This document shows, piece by piece, positions 63,741-64,000 of a DNA stretch of 64,000 nt. A program made the translations under genes and the position numbers. Under the pieces are notes generated by a model. That model was not told the origin of the DNA, did not search any database, and saw only the letters and a list, made by a program, of their open reading frames with translations. Each line of letters begins with the position of its first letter. Positions within the stretch are counted from its first letter, which is position 1. Source of the stretch: Raillietiella orientalis (Eukaryota); NCBI GenBank assembly GCA_036172245.1, contig JAYWIR010000001.1, forward strand, positions 11,904,001 to 11,968,000. The letters are read 5' to 3'.

Positions 63741-64000
63741 TTTTGCAATCTTTTCAATGTCTTCCCATAACTGGAGTGTGTTCAGTAACTATCAGAAAGA
63801 ACGCTTCTTCAACGGGGGAGATGCCCATGGTCTCCTCCATCGGTCAGCTTCTGCGGAGACGCTACCATTCAGAGGCTGCTCAGCCGTGCCCACCTCGCGC
63901 GGATTGGGTGACCAGGCGCAGATGCCGCCAGGCAGTCGTCCCGAGCGGTGGATCCAGCAAACCTCGCGGCTATGGTGGGCAATCGATGCGACCATCAGAG

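Overview
Eukaryotic (animal, probably arthropod-like; not verified) genomic DNA with short GT-AG introns. Three intact multi-exon host genes lie on the minus strand, reconstructed by hand from splice sites and conserved motifs: a bHLH-ZIP transcription factor AP-4 (TFAP4/cropped, ~3.1-4.5 kb), a secreted sarcalumenin-type dynamin/EHD-family protein (12.76-15.29 kb) and an otopetrin proton-channel family member (27.63-33.86 kb). Most of the remaining sequence appears to be heavily decayed mobile DNA: Tx1/L1-type LINE relics (one near-complete, several ORF1-like pieces, stacked 3' ends sharing a conserved stem-loop), a BEL/Pao pol relic, a pogo/Tigger DDE relic, an APE-endonuclease relic, a gag-like relic, a four-copy unclassified dispersed repeat and a decayed histone H3-like pseudogene. 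Most long ORFs in the supplied track are GC-rich or antisense artefacts. I found no clearly intact novel system. The best leads are an orphan ORF followed by a duplicated Ulp1-protease-like relic (52.7-53.9 kb), the H3 relic, the unclassified repeat with a tRNA-like B-box, apparent templated-insertion and fold-back scars, and an otopetrin lacking the conserved TM6 glutamate. All family assignments come from motif recognition by eye; no database searches were run.
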